From Acetobacteraceae bacterium (GTDB lineage Bacteria; Pseudomonadota; Alphaproteobacteria; Acetobacterales; Acetobacteraceae): a stretch of DNA of 64,000 nt. The notes beneath the pieces are model-generated. The model made no database searches, was not told where the DNA came from, and saw nothing but the letters and a program-made list of their open reading frames with translations. Below are positions 63,552 through 64,000 of this stretch, piece after piece. The translations under genes and the position numbers were made by a program. The stretch covers positions 17,744-81,743 of the forward strand of contig JBBARC010000007.1 of NCBI GenBank assembly GCA_040400005.1, in the 5' to 3' direction. Every line of letters begins with the position of its first letter. The first letter of the stretch is position 1.

Positions 63552-64000
63552 TTGCCTGACGGTGGTTTTCACTACCCAGCTCTCGTTTTGAATGCGGATT
63601 TCCGTCCGCTGTCCTATTTTCCGTTATCTGTCTGGTCGTGGCAGGATACCGTGAAAGCGGTGTTCCTTGATCGCGTCTCGGTGCTGTCGGAATACGACGT
63701 GGCGGTGCACAGCCCGAGCCGCGAAATCCGCCTGCCCAGCGTCATTGCGCTAAAAGACTACATCCCCTCGGCCAGAAAGCCGGCCTTTACCCGGTTCAAC
63801 GTGTTTTTGCGCGATGCGTTTTCCTGCCAATATTGTGGCGACCGGTTCCCCACGCACGATTTAACCTTCGATCATGTCATCCCACGCAGCCGCGGCGGCC
63901 GCACCACCTGGGAAAACGTGGTCACCGCCTGCGGCGCATGCAATTTGCGCAAAGCCAACAAGTTGCCGCGCGAATGCCGGATGTTCCCCAGGCTCACGCC
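63552..64000 (+). CDS. Small conserved HNH endonuclease (3' end outside the window)
   Basis: Not in the ORF track because there is no stop in the window. AGGAG, 6 nt, then TTG at 63552. CQYCG....H.LTFDHVIPRSRGG.TTWENVVTAC..CN..K HNH motif. Confidence 0.7.
   Translation, partial: MPDGGFHYPALVLNADFRPLSYFPLSVWSWQDTVKAVFLDRVSVLSEYDVAVHSPSREIRLPSVIALKDYIPSARKPAFTRFNVFLRDAFSCQYCGDRFPTHDLTFDHVIPRSRGGRTTWENVVTACGACNLRKANKLPRECRMFPRLT

Noticed and set aside
62487-63572. A long form of gluQ (361 aa) starting at 63572.
   Set aside because: The GluQRS similarity begins at MITTRFAPSPTG (ATG at 63341). The extension has odd composition and would overlap the Shine-Dalgarno sequence and start of the divergent HNH gene at 63552.

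Overview
This is a 64-kb, roughly 64% GC chromosomal segment. The gene content points to an alphaproteobacterium: hemA-type 5-aminolevulinate synthase, Tim44-like, NDUFA12-like, COQ7, DUF2155, and MotE/DUF6468 flagellar genes. Most of it is ordinary housekeeping or metabolic coding sequence. This includes an lldD 3' fragment, ilvD, an NDUFA12-mlaD-DUF2155-dsbB-coq7 operon and a TonB receptor/beta-helix/diheme-cytochrome cassette with a divergent TetR. It also includes a patD-ydcTSUV-like aldehyde dehydrogenase plus polyamine-type ABC transporter and LysR with soxBDAG-purU-folD (sarcosine oxidase and C1 metabolism). Further along are pgk-gap preceded by two degenerate enzyme homologues, hemA, an HNH/YefM-YoeB islet, a BNR-repeat exoprotein, cca and a P450. 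The window ends with Tim44-like, mltA, speH-speE, a fliL-fliM-DUF6468-motE-cheY-cheZ cluster followed by a 1052-aa unknown protein, gluQ and a partial HNH gene. I saw no rRNA, tRNA, CRISPR array, integrase or transposase gene. The most interesting signals are non-genic or atypical. (1) A family of AT-rich nested-palindrome repeats has 7 copies, all intergenic, sitting at the junctions of gene cassettes. (2) A 190-bp MITE with perfect 18-bp terminal inverted repeats and an 8-bp target duplication is inserted inside one of those repeats. (3) Three open but catalytically degenerate or truncated homologues (transketolase-like, M20 amidohydrolase-like, class II ribonucleotide-reductase-like) are translationally coupled to normal genes. 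(4) A 5 x 30-bp tandem repeat lies at the cheZ/giant-ORF junction and encodes a W/R/H/C decapeptide. (5) In-frame tandem repeats occur inside lipoprotein signal peptides. (6) A second small repeat has a compensatory hairpin. All family assignments come from reading the translations and from memory of motifs; no database search was possible.
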